Made by a program: the position numbers and the translations under genes | The notes under the pieces: model-generated | Database searches by the model: none | What the model was told of the DNA's origin: nothing | Seen by the model: the letters and a program-made list of their open reading frames with translations, nothing else | NCBI GenBank assembly: GCA_002393555.1 | Contig: DGSP01000047.1 | Location: 14,591-78,590 of the forward strand | DNA: 64,000 bases | Source: Prevotellaceae bacterium UBA4359 | GTDB taxonomy: Bacteria > Bacteroidota > Bacteroidia > Bacteroidales > Bacteroidaceae | Direction of reading: 5' to 3' | Shown here: in pieces, positions 1 to 9,385 of the stretch | How positions within the stretch are numbered: the first letter of the stretch is position 1 | Layout: each line of letters starts with the position of its first letter

Positions 1-1
1 C

Positions 2-148
2 ATCAAGCGCCTGATGGACATCGGCTGCTATCGTGGCATCCGCCATCGCTTAGGTCTTCCTGTACGTGGTCAGAGCACGAAAAACAACGCTCGTACTCGC
101 AAGGGTAAGAAGAAAACAGTTGCAAACAAGAAAAAGGCTACTAAATAA
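2..148 (+). CDS. rpsM: 30S ribosomal protein S13, C-terminal fragment (5' end outside the window)
   Basis: Frame 2 reads [48 protein letters not shown], with stop TAA at 146-148. This is a typical basic S13 C-terminus. It precedes rpsK-rpsD-rpoA-rplQ as in the conserved alpha operon. Confidence 0.9.
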   Translation: MKRLMDIGCYRGIRHRLGLPVRGQSTKNNARTRKGKKKTVANKKKATK

Positions 149-157
149 TAATTAGAT

Positions 158-547
158 ATGGCAAAGAAAACAGCTTCTGCAAAGAAGAGGGTAGTAAAGG
201 TAACGGCTGAAGGTCAGCTTCATGTACATTCTTCTTTCAACAACATCATTGTTACTTTGGCTAACAGTGAAGGTAATGTTATCTCTTGGTCTGCAGCCGG
301 TAAGATGGGTTTCCGTGGCTCAAAGAAGAACACTCCCTATGCAGCCCAGATGGCCGCACAGGATTGTGCCAAGGTCGCTTTCGATTTAGGTCTTCGCAAG
401 GTGAAGGCCTACATCAAAGGTCCAGGCAATGGTCGCGAAGCCGCTGTGCGCGGTTGCCATGCAGCAGGAATTGAGGTGACCGAGATTATTGATGTCACTC
501 CACTTCCCCACAACGGTTGTCGTCCTCCAAAGAGAAGAAGAGTTTAA
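158..547 (+). CDS. rpsK: 30S ribosomal protein S11
   Basis: 129-aa ORF with an ATG start. It has S11 hallmarks ([15 protein letters not shown]-terminal [11 protein letters not shown]) and conserved operon position. Confidence 0.96.
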   Translation: MAKKTASAKKRVVKVTAEGQLHVHSSFNNIIVTLANSEGNVISWSAAGKMGFRGSKKNTPYAAQMAAQDCAKVAFDLGLRKVKAYIKGPGNGREAAVRGCHAAGIEVTEIIDVTPLPHNGCRPPKRRRV

Positions 548-649
548 TCATTACACAATTATGTCATTTGCCAAAGGGCTCGTTTGTCGTATCTTTCCTT
601 TCTACGGCTGCTGCTGAGAGCGCATGGCATTAAACATTAACAGAAAAAT
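548..649 (+). promoter_or_regulatory. Candidate rpsD 5' leader (possible S4 autoregulatory RNA)
   Basis: 102-nt non-coding spacer inside an operon whose other spacers are 6-12 nt. I have no convincing fold by eye, so this is positional inference only. Confidence 0.25.
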
Positions 650-1255
650 ATGGCTAGATATATTGGACCAAAATCAAGAATTTCTCGTCGTTTTGGCGAA
701 GCAATTTTTGGACCAGACAAGGTATTGTCTAAAAAGAATTATGCTCCAGGCCAGCATGGCAACAACCGTCGTAAGAAGTCATCAGAGTACGGTCTCATGC
801 TTGCCGAGAAGCAGAAGGCAAAGTACACTTACGGTGTGCTTGAACGCCAGTTCCGCAATCTTTTCGAGAAGGCTTCAAAGAAATCTGGTGTGACAGGTGA
901 AATTCTTCTGCAATTCCTTGAGGCACGTCTTGACAACGTAGTGTTCCGCCTTGGCCTTGCTCCAACTCGTGCTGCTGCTCGTCAACTTGTGAGCCACAAG
1001 CACATCACGGTTAATGGTCAGGTGGTCAACATTCCTTCCTATTCCGTTCAGCCTGGTCAGATTGTGGCAGTTCGCGAGAAGTCCAAGAGCCTTGAAGTGG
1101 TCGATGCCGCTCTTGCCGGTTTCAATCACAGCAAGTATTCTTGGATTGAGTGGGACGAGAACGTGAAGGGTGGAAAGTTCCTCCACATGCCTGAGCGTGC
1201 AGACATCCCTGAGAACATCAAGGAGCAGATGATTGTCGAGTTGTACTCTAAATAA
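650..1255 (+). CDS. rpsD: 30S ribosomal protein S4
   Basis: 201 aa. N-terminus [17 protein letters not shown] and S4 RNA-binding domain ([12 protein letters not shown]...[13 protein letters not shown]). Confidence 0.96.
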   Translation: MARYIGPKSRISRRFGEAIFGPDKVLSKKNYAPGQHGNNRRKKSSEYGLMLAEKQKAKYTYGVLERQFRNLFEKASKKSGVTGEILLQFLEARLDNVVFRLGLAPTRAAARQLVSHKHITVNGQVVNIPSYSVQPGQIVAVREKSKSLEVVDAALAGFNHSKYSWIEWDENVKGGKFLHMPERADIPENIKEQMIVELYSK

Positions 1256-1267
1256 AAATTAAATCAA

Positions 1268-2260
1268 ATGGCGATATTAGCATTTCAAAAACCAGAAAAA
1301 GTAGTAATGTTGGAGGCCGACGACAAGTACGGAAAGTTCGAGTTCCGTCCTTTGGAGCCTGGATATGGTATTACCATTGGTAATCCACTCCGTCGCATAC
1401 TTCTTTCTTCGCTTGAGGGTTATGCCATCAACACCATCCGCATTGCAGGTGTTGAGCATGAGTTTTCAACCATTCCAGGCGTGAAGGAGGATGTGACCAA
1501 CATTATCTTGAATCTGAAGCAAGTCAGATTCAAGCAAGTCGCTGATGGGTTTGAGTCAGAAAGAGTCTCAATTTCCATCGAAAATTCAACCGAGTTTAAG
1601 GCTGGAGATATCAACAAGTACCTCAGTGGATTTGGAGTGTTAAACCCAGATTTGGTGATTTGTCATTTGGATCCTCAGGCAACATTGGAGTTGGAGTTGA
1701 ACATTAATAAGGGCCGTGGCTATGTTCCCGCAGACGAGAATCGCGAGTTCTGCAAGGAAATCAACGACATTGCCATTGATTCCATCTACACTCCTATCCG
1801 CAACGTCAAGTTCGCAGTAGAGAACTATCGTGTGGCTCAAAAGACCGACTATGAAAAGTTGGTGCTGGAGATTACCACCGATGGTTCCATTCACCCCAAG
1901 GACGCTTTGAAAGAGGCTTCCAAGATTCTCATTTACCATCTCATGCTGTTCTCCGACGAGAAGATTACGCTCGAGAACGCTGACTTCGATGGCAATGAAG
2001 AGTTTGATGAAGAAGTATTGCGTATGCGCCAGTTGCTCAAGTCCAAACTTGTCGATATGAATCTTTCCGTTCGCGCCCTCAACTGCTTGAAGGCAGCCGA
2101 CGTAGAGACTCTCGGCGACCTCGTGCAATTCAACAAGACAGATTTGCTTAAGTTCCGTAACTTTGGTAAGAAGTCACTCACAGAGCTTGACGACTTGCTT
2201 GAGAGCTTGAACCTTTCGTTCGGAACAGACATTTCCAAGTATAAATTAGACAAAGACTAA
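1268..2260 (+). CDS. rpoA: DNA-directed RNA polymerase subunit alpha
   Basis: 330 aa. N-terminal assembly domain ([14 protein letters not shown]) and C-terminal alpha-CTD helix-hairpin-helix ([20 protein letters not shown]). Confidence 0.96.
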   Translation: MAILAFQKPEKVVMLEADDKYGKFEFRPLEPGYGITIGNPLRRILLSSLEGYAINTIRIAGVEHEFSTIPGVKEDVTNIILNLKQVRFKQVADGFESERVSISIENSTEFKAGDINKYLSGFGVLNPDLVICHLDPQATLELELNINKGRGYVPADENREFCKEINDIAIDSIYTPIRNVKFAVENYRVAQKTDYEKLVLEITTDGSIHPKDALKEASKILIYHLMLFSDEKITLENADFDGNEEFDEEVLRMRQLLKSKLVDMNLSVRALNCLKAADVETLGDLVQFNKTDLLKFRNFGKKSLTELDDLLESLNLSFGTDISKYKLDKD

Positions 2261-2266
2261 TCAAAA

Positions 2267-2791
2267 ATGAGACACAATAAGAAATTCAACCACCTTGGCC
2301 GCAAGCACTCTCACCGCAAGGCAATGCTTGCCAACATGGCGATTTCTCTCATCATGCACAAGAGAATCACCACCACTCTCCCCAAGGCAAAGGCTCTTCG
2401 TGTGTATGTAGAGCCTCTGATTACAAAGTCAAAGGATGACTCTACGGCTTCTCGCCGCGTTGTTTTCAGTTATCTGCAGAACAAATATGCTGTCACTGAA
2501 CTTTTCAGCACAGTTGCCACGAAGGTTGCCGATCGTCCTGGAGGCTACACTCGCATCATCAAGTTGGGCCATCGTCCATCCGACGATGCTGAGATGGCAT
2601 TCATCGAACTTGTTGACTTCGATGAGAACATGGCAAAGACCGAGGCTAAGAAGACTCGCACCCGCCGTTCTCGCAAGTCATCAGCCAAGGCCGAAGCACC
2701 TGCCGAGGCTGCTGCTGAAGAGGTAAAGGCAGAAGATGCCGCTGAGGCTCCTGCTGCAGAAGCCCCTGCAGAAGAAAAGGCTGCAGAATAA
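2267..2791 (+). CDS. rplQ: 50S ribosomal protein L17 with Ala/Glu/Pro-rich C-terminal tail
   Basis: 174 aa. L17 N-terminus [21 protein letters not shown]. The last ~50 aa are low complexity ([34 protein letters not shown]). Confidence 0.95.
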   Translation: MRHNKKFNHLGRKHSHRKAMLANMAISLIMHKRITTTLPKAKALRVYVEPLITKSKDDSTASRRVVFSYLQNKYAVTELFSTVATKVADRPGGYTRIIKLGHRPSDDAEMAFIELVDFDENMAKTEAKKTRTRRSRKSSAKAEAPAEAAAEEVKAEDAAEAPAAEAPAEEKAAE

Positions 2792-2817
2792 AATATTGCC
2801 AAAAACATATCTTGCAA

Positions 2818-2851
2818 GGCCGCATACGTACCCCGTATGCGGCCTTTTTTT
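2818..2851 (+). terminator. Intrinsic terminator of the alpha operon
   Basis: Perfect 10-bp stem GGCCGCATAC (2818-2827) / GTATGCGGCC (2835-2844), 7-nt loop, then T7 (2845-2851). Confidence 0.85.
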
Positions 2852-2880
2852 GTTTCCCTCCCTTCTTCGATGCTTAAAAG

Positions 2881-2912
2881 TTTGCCAGTTCAGGAAAAAA
2901 GTCGTAAGTTTG
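2881..2912 (+). promoter_or_regulatory. Bacteroidota-type promoter for the GH43 gene
   Basis: -33 TTTG (2881-2884), 20-nt spacer, -7 box TAAGTTTG (2905-2912) matching TAnnTTTG. It lies 28 nt upstream of the ATG at 2940. Confidence 0.5.
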
Positions 2913-2939
2913 CCCCAAATTTCGAAATTTAATCTGTTT

Positions 2940-5936
2940 ATGAAAAGACTTTTACTAACGATTTTCGCCATGCTCACGTTCAGCATGGCGACCTATGCCC
3001 AGAGTGAAGAGAGTGAAAAGACACAACTTTCCACCAGTGACTTGACCTCCACGTATGCCTACAATGCCGCCAGTCGCGGGTGGGCCAGTATCCACGACCC
3101 TTCAGTGGTTTGGGACCCCACCACTCAGTATTTCTACATCTATGGTTCCCACTATGCTGGCACCAAAACCAAGGACTTCAAGTCCTTCACAGCCATTTCC
3201 AACTATTATACTGGTGGCTATTCTGACAATGGCTGGACACAGACCTATAACACCTATAAAGCCTTCCAGTCCAACCCCACCCACACTGTGAAGCGTTGTC
3301 TGCCAGGCAACACCACCCAGCAGGAAGTCACCCTTGGCTCGTTCGACGCATCGGCTTTCTGTTCCACTTATGCGGGTATTCAGGTGGGTGAACGTACCCC
3401 CACAACCGAAGGTGCTTGGGTCTCGGGCGACCAGTGGGCACCAGACATTGTTTACAATCCCCACATGAACAAATGGTGTCTCTACCTCAGTCTGAACGGT
3501 GACTATTGGGCCTCTGTTGTCGTCCTTCTCACTAGCGACAGCCCCACGGGACCCTTCACCTATGTGGCACCCATCGTCTTTGGCGGTTTTGATGGTCAGA
3601 CCCGCTCGGGTAAGAAAGTCAACTACAAAGACACCGACCTCGAAATCGTGCTTGGCACCCAGTCTTCGCTGCCTACGCGCTACAACACCAACCATTGGGG
3701 GTCATTCTATCCCAACTGCATCGACCCCTGCTCTTTCTTCGACGAAGACGGCGAACTCTGGCTGGCCTATGGCTCTTGGTCGGGCGGTATCTTCATGCTT
3801 AAACTCGACAAAAACACGGGTCTTCGCGACTACACCCACACCTATGCCGGCACAGGCACTTCGCCCAATGCCAACGCCACCAGCGATGCCTACTTTGGCA
3901 AGAAAATAGCCGGTGGTTACTATGTCAGCGGCGAAGGTCCCTACATTCAGCACATTGGCAATTATTATTACCTCTTCATGAGTTACGGCGGTTTTGGACC
4001 AAGCGATGGCTACGAGATGCGCGTTTTCCGTTCCACCAAACCCGATGGCCCTTACACCGACGCTTCGGGCATTTCAGCCATCTATACGGGTTATCAACTC
4101 AACTATGGCCCCAAAGCAGCCACCAATCGCGGCATGAAACTCATTGGTGCCATGAACAACTGGGGCTTGATGACCGTGGGTGAGTGTGCCCAAGGCCACA
4201 ACTCCGCTTGTCAGGACGACAAGGGTCGCACCTTCCTCGTTTGCCACACCAAATTCAACGATGGAACCGCCGGTCACCAAGTGCGCACCTACCAGATGTA
4301 CCTCAACAAGTTCGGCTGGCTCTGCACCGCCCCCTTCCAGTTCAATGGCGAAGAGACCACCGACGAGACCATCGCCACCACCCAGCCTTGGTCTGCCGCC
4401 GACGTGGAGGGCGACTACCATGTCCTCATCCACCCCTACAAACTCGACCATAACAACTATGCCGAAGCCACACCTGGCACCATCCACCTCTCGGCCGATG
4501 GCAAGGTGACAGGCGACTACGCCGGCTCCTGGTCCTACACCGACGAAGGCAAGTCCTATTTCCAACTGAAACTGAAAATAGGCTCGGCCACCTACACCTT
4601 CAATGGCGTCGTTGTGGAGCAGACCCTCGAAGGCACCACCGCTAAGACCCTCTGCTTCACCACCATCTGCAGTGCCAGCAATAATGCCTACTGCGGTGTG
4701 CCCGTGTGGGGCTACAAACTTCAGCCTCAGTATGCTTTGGCCTACAACTATTCCGTCGTGGGCAAGAGTTACCTCAAGAGTTATCTGAACACGAACAAAA
4801 ACGTCGAACTATATTTCACTCCAGTTGAGAATGTCGGCCTGACGTGGACCTCTTCTCAGCCCGACCTCTTCTCCAACACAGGCAAGATTGCCCCCAAGGA
4901 CGAGCGCGTGACCGGCATCACCCTCACGGCCCGCATGGATTGTGGTCGCTACTACTGGACCAACGACTACAACGCAAGCCTCAGCAAGGCCACAACCATC
5001 AGTGGTGACCCCACCAGTTCCGTGGTGGCCTACTACGACTTCGACGAGACCCAACCCGTCAATCTCTACAATGATGCACAAGAGGCCACGTTGGGACGTT
5101 CCAACGTCACATACGGCATCACCCCCACGCTGGAAGAAGACCCGTCGCGCTTCGGCACCGTCCTCCATCAGCACTTCGGAGCCCAAGGCAGCAACAGTTA
5201 CACCCGCATGGCCAACCCCCTGCAGGGCCAGACTGACCTTGAAGGCTTCACCGTAAGCCTGTGGGTGAAACGCGCCGATGACAACCTTTGGGATGCCCTC
5301 TGGGGATTCTTCAACAGCACAACCGCTGCAGCCTCCGGCGCCCGCCTCTTCCTCACGGGCAACAGTTACATAGGCTTCAACGACAATGCCGGCAACTGGT
5401 TCGATGTCAACTATCCCGAAGAGAACGACACCCACCCCTCGGGTGCCTACAAGAAGGTCAGCAGCATGGAAGTAGGGGAGTGGCACCTCGTCACCTTCAC
5501 CTACTCCAAAGCCAATGGCTACAAACTCTATCTTGACGGTTCCGTCTATTACACCAGCAACATGGTCTATGCAGGCAGTGCCAACAAAGCAGAGTTCGAC
5601 CGCCAGAAAGTGCTCGACTTCGTCACCTCTGCCCAATACTTCTACCTGGGCCTCGGCTCCTTCTGGGGCAGTGCCGAAGCCTGCTTCGACGACCTCATCA
5701 TCTACAATCGCGAACTGGCCACTGCCGATGTGAAAGGACTCAACACCATGCTCAACCGTGTCAATGCCTTCAACGACGGCACCGTCGTGGGCATCGATGG
5801 CATCGAGGCCGACCCCGCATCTGCCACAGCCGCCGATGCAGCCAAGGCCGGCATCTACGACCTCATGGGCCGCAAGGTCGAGGCACCCGGCAAGGGACTC
5901 TACATCGTCGATGGCAAGAAGGTCTGGTTCAAATAA
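2940..5936 (+). CDS. Secreted glycoside hydrolase family 43 enzyme with LamG-like (Laminin_G_3) module and T9SS C-terminal sorting domain
   Basis: Start reset to the ATG at 2940 (signal peptide MKRLLLTIFAMLTFSMATYAQ); the track ORF start at 2736 overlaps rplQ and its terminator. GH43 motifs: IHDPSVVWD, WAPDIVYNP, GEGPYIQHIGNYYYLFMSYGG. LamG-like block: LWVKRADDNLWDALWGFF...EWHLVTFTY...DDLIIYNRELATADV. C-terminus GIYDLMGRKVEAPGKGLYIVDGKKVWFK is a typical T9SS CTD. Confidence 0.85.
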   Translation: MKRLLLTIFAMLTFSMATYAQSEESEKTQLSTSDLTSTYAYNAASRGWASIHDPSVVWDPTTQYFYIYGSHYAGTKTKDFKSFTAISNYYTGGYSDNGWTQTYNTYKAFQSNPTHTVKRCLPGNTTQQEVTLGSFDASAFCSTYAGIQVGERTPTTEGAWVSGDQWAPDIVYNPHMNKWCLYLSLNGDYWASVVVLLTSDSPTGPFTYVAPIVFGGFDGQTRSGKKVNYKDTDLEIVLGTQSSLPTRYNTNHWGSFYPNCIDPCSFFDEDGELWLAYGSWSGGIFMLKLDKNTGLRDYTHTYAGTGTSPNANATSDAYFGKKIAGGYYVSGEGPYIQHIGNYYYLFMSYGGFGPSDGYEMRVFRSTKPDGPYTDASGISAIYTGYQLNYGPKAATNRGMKLIGAMNNWGLMTVGECAQGHNSACQDDKGRTFLVCHTKFNDGTAGHQVRTYQMYLNKFGWLCTAPFQFNGEETTDETIATTQPWSAADVEGDYHVLIHPYKLDHNNYAEATPGTIHLSADGKVTGDYAGSWSYTDEGKSYFQLKLKIGSATYTFNGVVVEQTLEGTTAKTLCFTTICSASNNAYCGVPVWGYKLQPQYALAYNYSVVGKSYLKSYLNTNKNVELYFTPVENVGLTWTSSQPDLFSNTGKIAPKDERVTGITLTARMDCGRYYWTNDYNASLSKATTISGDPTSSVVAYYDFDETQPVNLYNDAQEATLGRSNVTYGITPTLEEDPSRFGTVLHQHFGAQGSNSYTRMANPLQGQTDLEGFTVSLWVKRADDNLWDALWGFFNSTTAAASGARLFLTGNSYIGFNDNAGNWFDVNYPEENDTHPSGAYKKVSSMEVGEWHLVTFTYSKANGYKLYLDGSVYYTSNMVYAGSANKAEFDRQKVLDFVTSAQYFYLGLGSFWGSAEACFDDLIIYNRELATADVKGLNTMLNRVNAFNDGTVVGIDGIEADPASATAADAAKAGIYDLMGRKVEAPGKGLYIVDGKKVWFK

Positions 5937-5982
5937 AACCACCTCATCCCATCCTCAGCCTTATCCCAAGAGGCAACGCAAA

Positions 5983-6017
5983 GGGGGCTGCATCCACAGC
6001 GATGCAGCCCCCTTTTT
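5983..6017 (+). terminator. Intrinsic terminator after the GH43 gene
   Basis: 12-bp perfect stem GGGGGCTGCATC / GATGCAGCCCCC, 6-nt loop, T5 (6013-6017). Confidence 0.85.
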
Positions 6018-6440
6018 CGTTAGCCCGAATCCCCCTCAAGCGCACTCCCGTGCAATATGCAAATGGAAGCCCACACCATTTGCAATTTGCACGGCATACA
6101 ATTTGAATATGCAACGGCGTTGCGCGTAGGCAGGCAACGCCCCAACGCATCTTCCTCTCCCTCCACACCACAAAATCCGTCTCCCCGTCACCCCGAACAA
6201 CACTTATTAGCACAAAATCCCCCTTCTTTTGTTAAAATTAACCATGCACGAAAAACTTTTAATATTTTTTTTGTTTATTTGGCAGAAATTTTGTTCCTTT
6301 GCAACGATTATCGGCCATGCGTGGCAATTTGGCCAAATGTTACCACGGCAGACACCGAGACATCACCCGATTAATGAAAACTTGCTGAGACACTTTACTG
6401 AATTTACTAACTTAGAAAGACAAACAAATCTTTTTTTAAT

Positions 6441-9365
6441 ATGTTGTATAACTTTCAGAGGAAAAAACTGTGCCGTCACCTCTTAGTTGGGGGTGCATTG
6501 TGCGCAGCAGGCCTGGCGGCGTTCTCCTGTTCTGACAAGTACGACCTCGATTCTGAGCAGCCTTCAGGGCTGAACAGCATCTATGGCTATATCCAGCAGC
6601 AGGGAAACTACACCACATGCCTGAAACTGATTGACGATCTGGGGCTGACCGACATCTTCTCCAAGACCGGTAGTAAAACATTGTTCATCGCCGACGACGA
6701 TGCCTTCCAGCGCTTCTTCCGTTCCAACGACTGGGGTGTGAGCAGTTATGACGAACTCACCCTGGCGCAGAAGAAACTGTTGCTCAACACCGCCATGGTC
6801 GATAACCCGCTCACCACCTCCATGATTTCCACGGCGGCAGGTGTGGCCACCCCCGTCCGTGGCGAGGTGTTCCGCCGTTCCACCTCCACCAGTCTCTTCG
6901 ACTCCGTGCTGGTGGTTCCCTCGGCCGACCCGCAAGGCATTCTGCCCGACAATGACCGCTTCAACAACGTGCGTGCCAACCACGAGAACATCGTGCTCTT
7001 CACCGATGCCTCCACAGCACCACCCATGCTCCACTTCAACTCGAAGTTCATCTCCACCAACAAGTTGCTCAGCAGCGACATCGACTTCCTCTACAACCAG
7101 CCCGCCGGCACACGCCAGCAGGACGATGTCTATGTGAACAACGCCAAAGTGACCGAAGCCAACGTCTTCTGCAAGAACGGCTTTGTCCACAAAGTGGATG
7201 AAGTCATCCTTCCGCTCGACAACATGGCCGAAGTCATTCGCAAGCACAAGCATAACATGTCTATCTATAGTAGCCTGATTGAGCGCTTTGCGGCCCTGAG
7301 CGACTCTACCGCCCTGAAAGATGCCTACAACAACAACAAGGGTACAACGGTCGATTCTGTGTTCGTCAAGCGCTACTACTCCAAGCGCTCGGCTGGCTCC
7401 ACGGCTACCATCGACCGTCCCTTCAGCCGCGACAAGGATGGCCTTCAATTCGATGCTGCTCTCAAGTTCGACCCAGGGTGGAATGCCTACAACCCAGGCA
7501 TTGCCGGCAAGGGTTCTGACCCCATGATGGAAGACATGGCTGTCATGCTTGTGCCTTCCGACGAAGCCATGACCGAATGGTGGAACAATGGCGGCGGCAA
7601 GGCCATCAGAGAGTTCTACGGAACGCTGGAGAAAACTCCTAACAGAACAATCCAAGATCTCATCAACGTGAATCAACTCTCCTCCTTCATCGCCTCTGTA
7701 CCGTCTGTCTTTGCCGACGGCGTGAAAGACGATGTGCAGTCACCAATGGGCATCACACCAGAAGATGTGGATAGCGTGTTCCTGGCTTGCAACGGAGCCG
7801 TATATCTCACCAATAAAGTCTTTCCCCCAAATTCCTTTTCTTCAGTGCTTTTCCCGACTGTGGTTGACACCCTTCACTTCAGCATCATCGATAATGCCAT
7901 CAAGAAGTTGGACTACCCGGCCTACCTCAACTCAAAGGTGGCCAACTACATCTTCTTGCTGCCCACCAACGCAGGCTTGCTCACCTACATCGACCCCGTG
8001 TCCTACGGAAAGGATGTCCGCTACCTGTGGGAGTTCTCGCCAAAGGCAGGCCAGAAGAGTGAATCCAACACCTTTATTCAGGCCAATGTCTATAAGTGTG
8101 AGCAGGACGGCGAAGGCCACTGGCAGAAAGGCGAGAAAGTGCTTAGCAATGCCCTGAACCCCAATATCACCACCAGTGGCAACGTGTTCAAGGATCGCTT
8201 CGAAGATATGCTCGACAATATCATTGCCGTAGAGCCTTATCAGCCCGGCAAGAAATACTACAAGACCAAAGGTAACAGTTTCGTCCGTGTGGATGGCATC
8301 ACCGAAGGCAGCCACGTCTATGGCTCATGGCAGTTGGAACAGGACGAACCGCTCGAAGTGACCCGTCAGTACCACATGGAGAACGGTGACGCGCTCGTGG
8401 TGGACGGAATCGCTATGGGCACCAGCAAGTCGGTGGCCATGTCGCTGAGCGAACACCCAGAGTTTTCCACCTTCATGGAAATGCTGAAAACAAGTGGCGC
8501 ACTGAGCAAACAGAACTCAAAAGACAACTGGGCTGCAGGCGACCAAGTGTATGGCAACCTCTTCAACCTCAAGACAGCCGGTTCTGTAGGTGCCGAGGAT
8601 GCTTCATCCTCCAAGAAAGCAACCTACCTGCTGAACAACTTCCACTATACAATCTATGCACCCACCAATGATGCCATCCAGGCTGCCATTGACAAGTACC
8701 CCGATTTCCCTTCGATGGAAAGATACCACAATGCGGAAACCTGGGATCAGGAGTTTGCCGATGCCACCCAGGAAATGACAGCAGAAGAAGTGAAAGAATA
8801 TGCAGCCTCGCTGGGCGGAGTATGTCTGGGCGACTCTGCTGCCCGTGTGGCAGAAGCCATGCTCGACTTCATCAAATATCACATTCAGGATAACTCCATC
8901 TTCATCGACGAAGGCTTCGCCTCCGGCACCTATCTCTCGGGCAAGACCGAACTCATCGCTTCGACCGACGAGAAGGATAATGTGGCAGAGGAAGATCTCT
9001 CTAAATATAATATTGTGAAAGATGGTGCAGGCAAGGAAATCAAGACTTACGATGCCACAACAGGCACCTACACGATTCAGTACTACACAGGTCTGTATTC
9101 TCCGGGCCGTCCTTACAAACTGAATGTCAACGTCTCCGGCACTGACCTTTCAGTCAATGGCATCCATGTCGATACCTCATCGGGACTCTACAATATGATG
9201 GCTCGCGAGTACTGGTACAACAAGGCAACACTGGGCGAACCGTATGATGCACAGATTGAAAACTCGTCATCGGTGGTGATTCATGCCATCAACGAGGTGC
9301 TTCTCTACGATGCTCCGGCACAGTTCACCTACACCTACAAGCCTCTCACAAAAGTCAAAGATTAA
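6441..9365 (+). CDS. Fasciclin (FAS1) repeat surface lipoprotein, 974 aa
   Basis: Lipoprotein signal ending AAFSC followed by SDKYD. FAS1 signatures: KTLFIADDDAFQRFF and YTIYAPTNDAIQAAI. First gene of the SusC/D operon. Confidence 0.8.
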   Translation: MLYNFQRKKLCRHLLVGGALCAAGLAAFSCSDKYDLDSEQPSGLNSIYGYIQQQGNYTTCLKLIDDLGLTDIFSKTGSKTLFIADDDAFQRFFRSNDWGVSSYDELTLAQKKLLLNTAMVDNPLTTSMISTAAGVATPVRGEVFRRSTSTSLFDSVLVVPSADPQGILPDNDRFNNVRANHENIVLFTDASTAPPMLHFNSKFISTNKLLSSDIDFLYNQPAGTRQQDDVYVNNAKVTEANVFCKNGFVHKVDEVILPLDNMAEVIRKHKHNMSIYSSLIERFAALSDSTALKDAYNNNKGTTVDSVFVKRYYSKRSAGSTATIDRPFSRDKDGLQFDAALKFDPGWNAYNPGIAGKGSDPMMEDMAVMLVPSDEAMTEWWNNGGGKAIREFYGTLEKTPNRTIQDLINVNQLSSFIASVPSVFADGVKDDVQSPMGITPEDVDSVFLACNGAVYLTNKVFPPNSFSSVLFPTVVDTLHFSIIDNAIKKLDYPAYLNSKVANYIFLLPTNAGLLTYIDPVSYGKDVRYLWEFSPKAGQKSESNTFIQANVYKCEQDGEGHWQKGEKVLSNALNPNITTSGNVFKDRFEDMLDNIIAVEPYQPGKKYYKTKGNSFVRVDGITEGSHVYGSWQLEQDEPLEVTRQYHMENGDALVVDGIAMGTSKSVAMSLSEHPEFSTFMEMLKTSGALSKQNSKDNWAAGDQVYGNLFNLKTAGSVGAEDASSSKKATYLLNNFHYTIYAPTNDAIQAAIDKYPDFPSMERYHNAETWDQEFADATQEMTAEEVKEYAASLGGVCLGDSAARVAEAMLDFIKYHIQDNSIFIDEGFASGTYLSGKTELIASTDEKDNVAEEDLSKYNIVKDGAGKEIKTYDATTGTYTIQYYTGLYSPGRPYKLNVNVSGTDLSVNGIHVDTSSGLYNMMAREYWYNKATLGEPYDAQIENSSSVVIHAINEVLLYDAPAQFTYTYKPLTKVKD

Positions 9366-9385
9366 CGTCGTAAACACTCAAGAAA

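Noticed and set aside
624-893. 89-aa ORF overlapping the start of rpsD in another frame
   Set aside because: It overlaps a confidently identified ribosomal protein gene out of frame and has no recognisable motif, so it is a frame artefact.
2736-2939. N-terminal extension of the GH43 ORF given in the track (start 2736)
   Set aside because: It would overlap the rplQ 3' end and read through its terminator and the predicted promoter. A textbook signal peptide starts at the ATG at 2940.
4809-5942. 377-aa antisense ORF inside the GH43 gene
   Set aside because: This is a shadow ORF on the opposite strand of a gene with clear GH43/LamG/T9SS motifs. Its translation is low-complexity (Gly/Val/Ala/Asp-rich), as expected from GC-rich third positions.
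6057-6374. 105-aa ORF in the 423-bp gap upstream of the SusC/D operon
   Set aside because: It has no coding-like composition or motif and spans inverted repeats and an AT-rich promoter-like stretch, so I treat it as non-coding.
6564-7676. 370-aa antisense ORF inside the first FAS1 gene
   Set aside because: Shadow ORF opposite a gene with a lipoprotein signal and FAS1 signatures.
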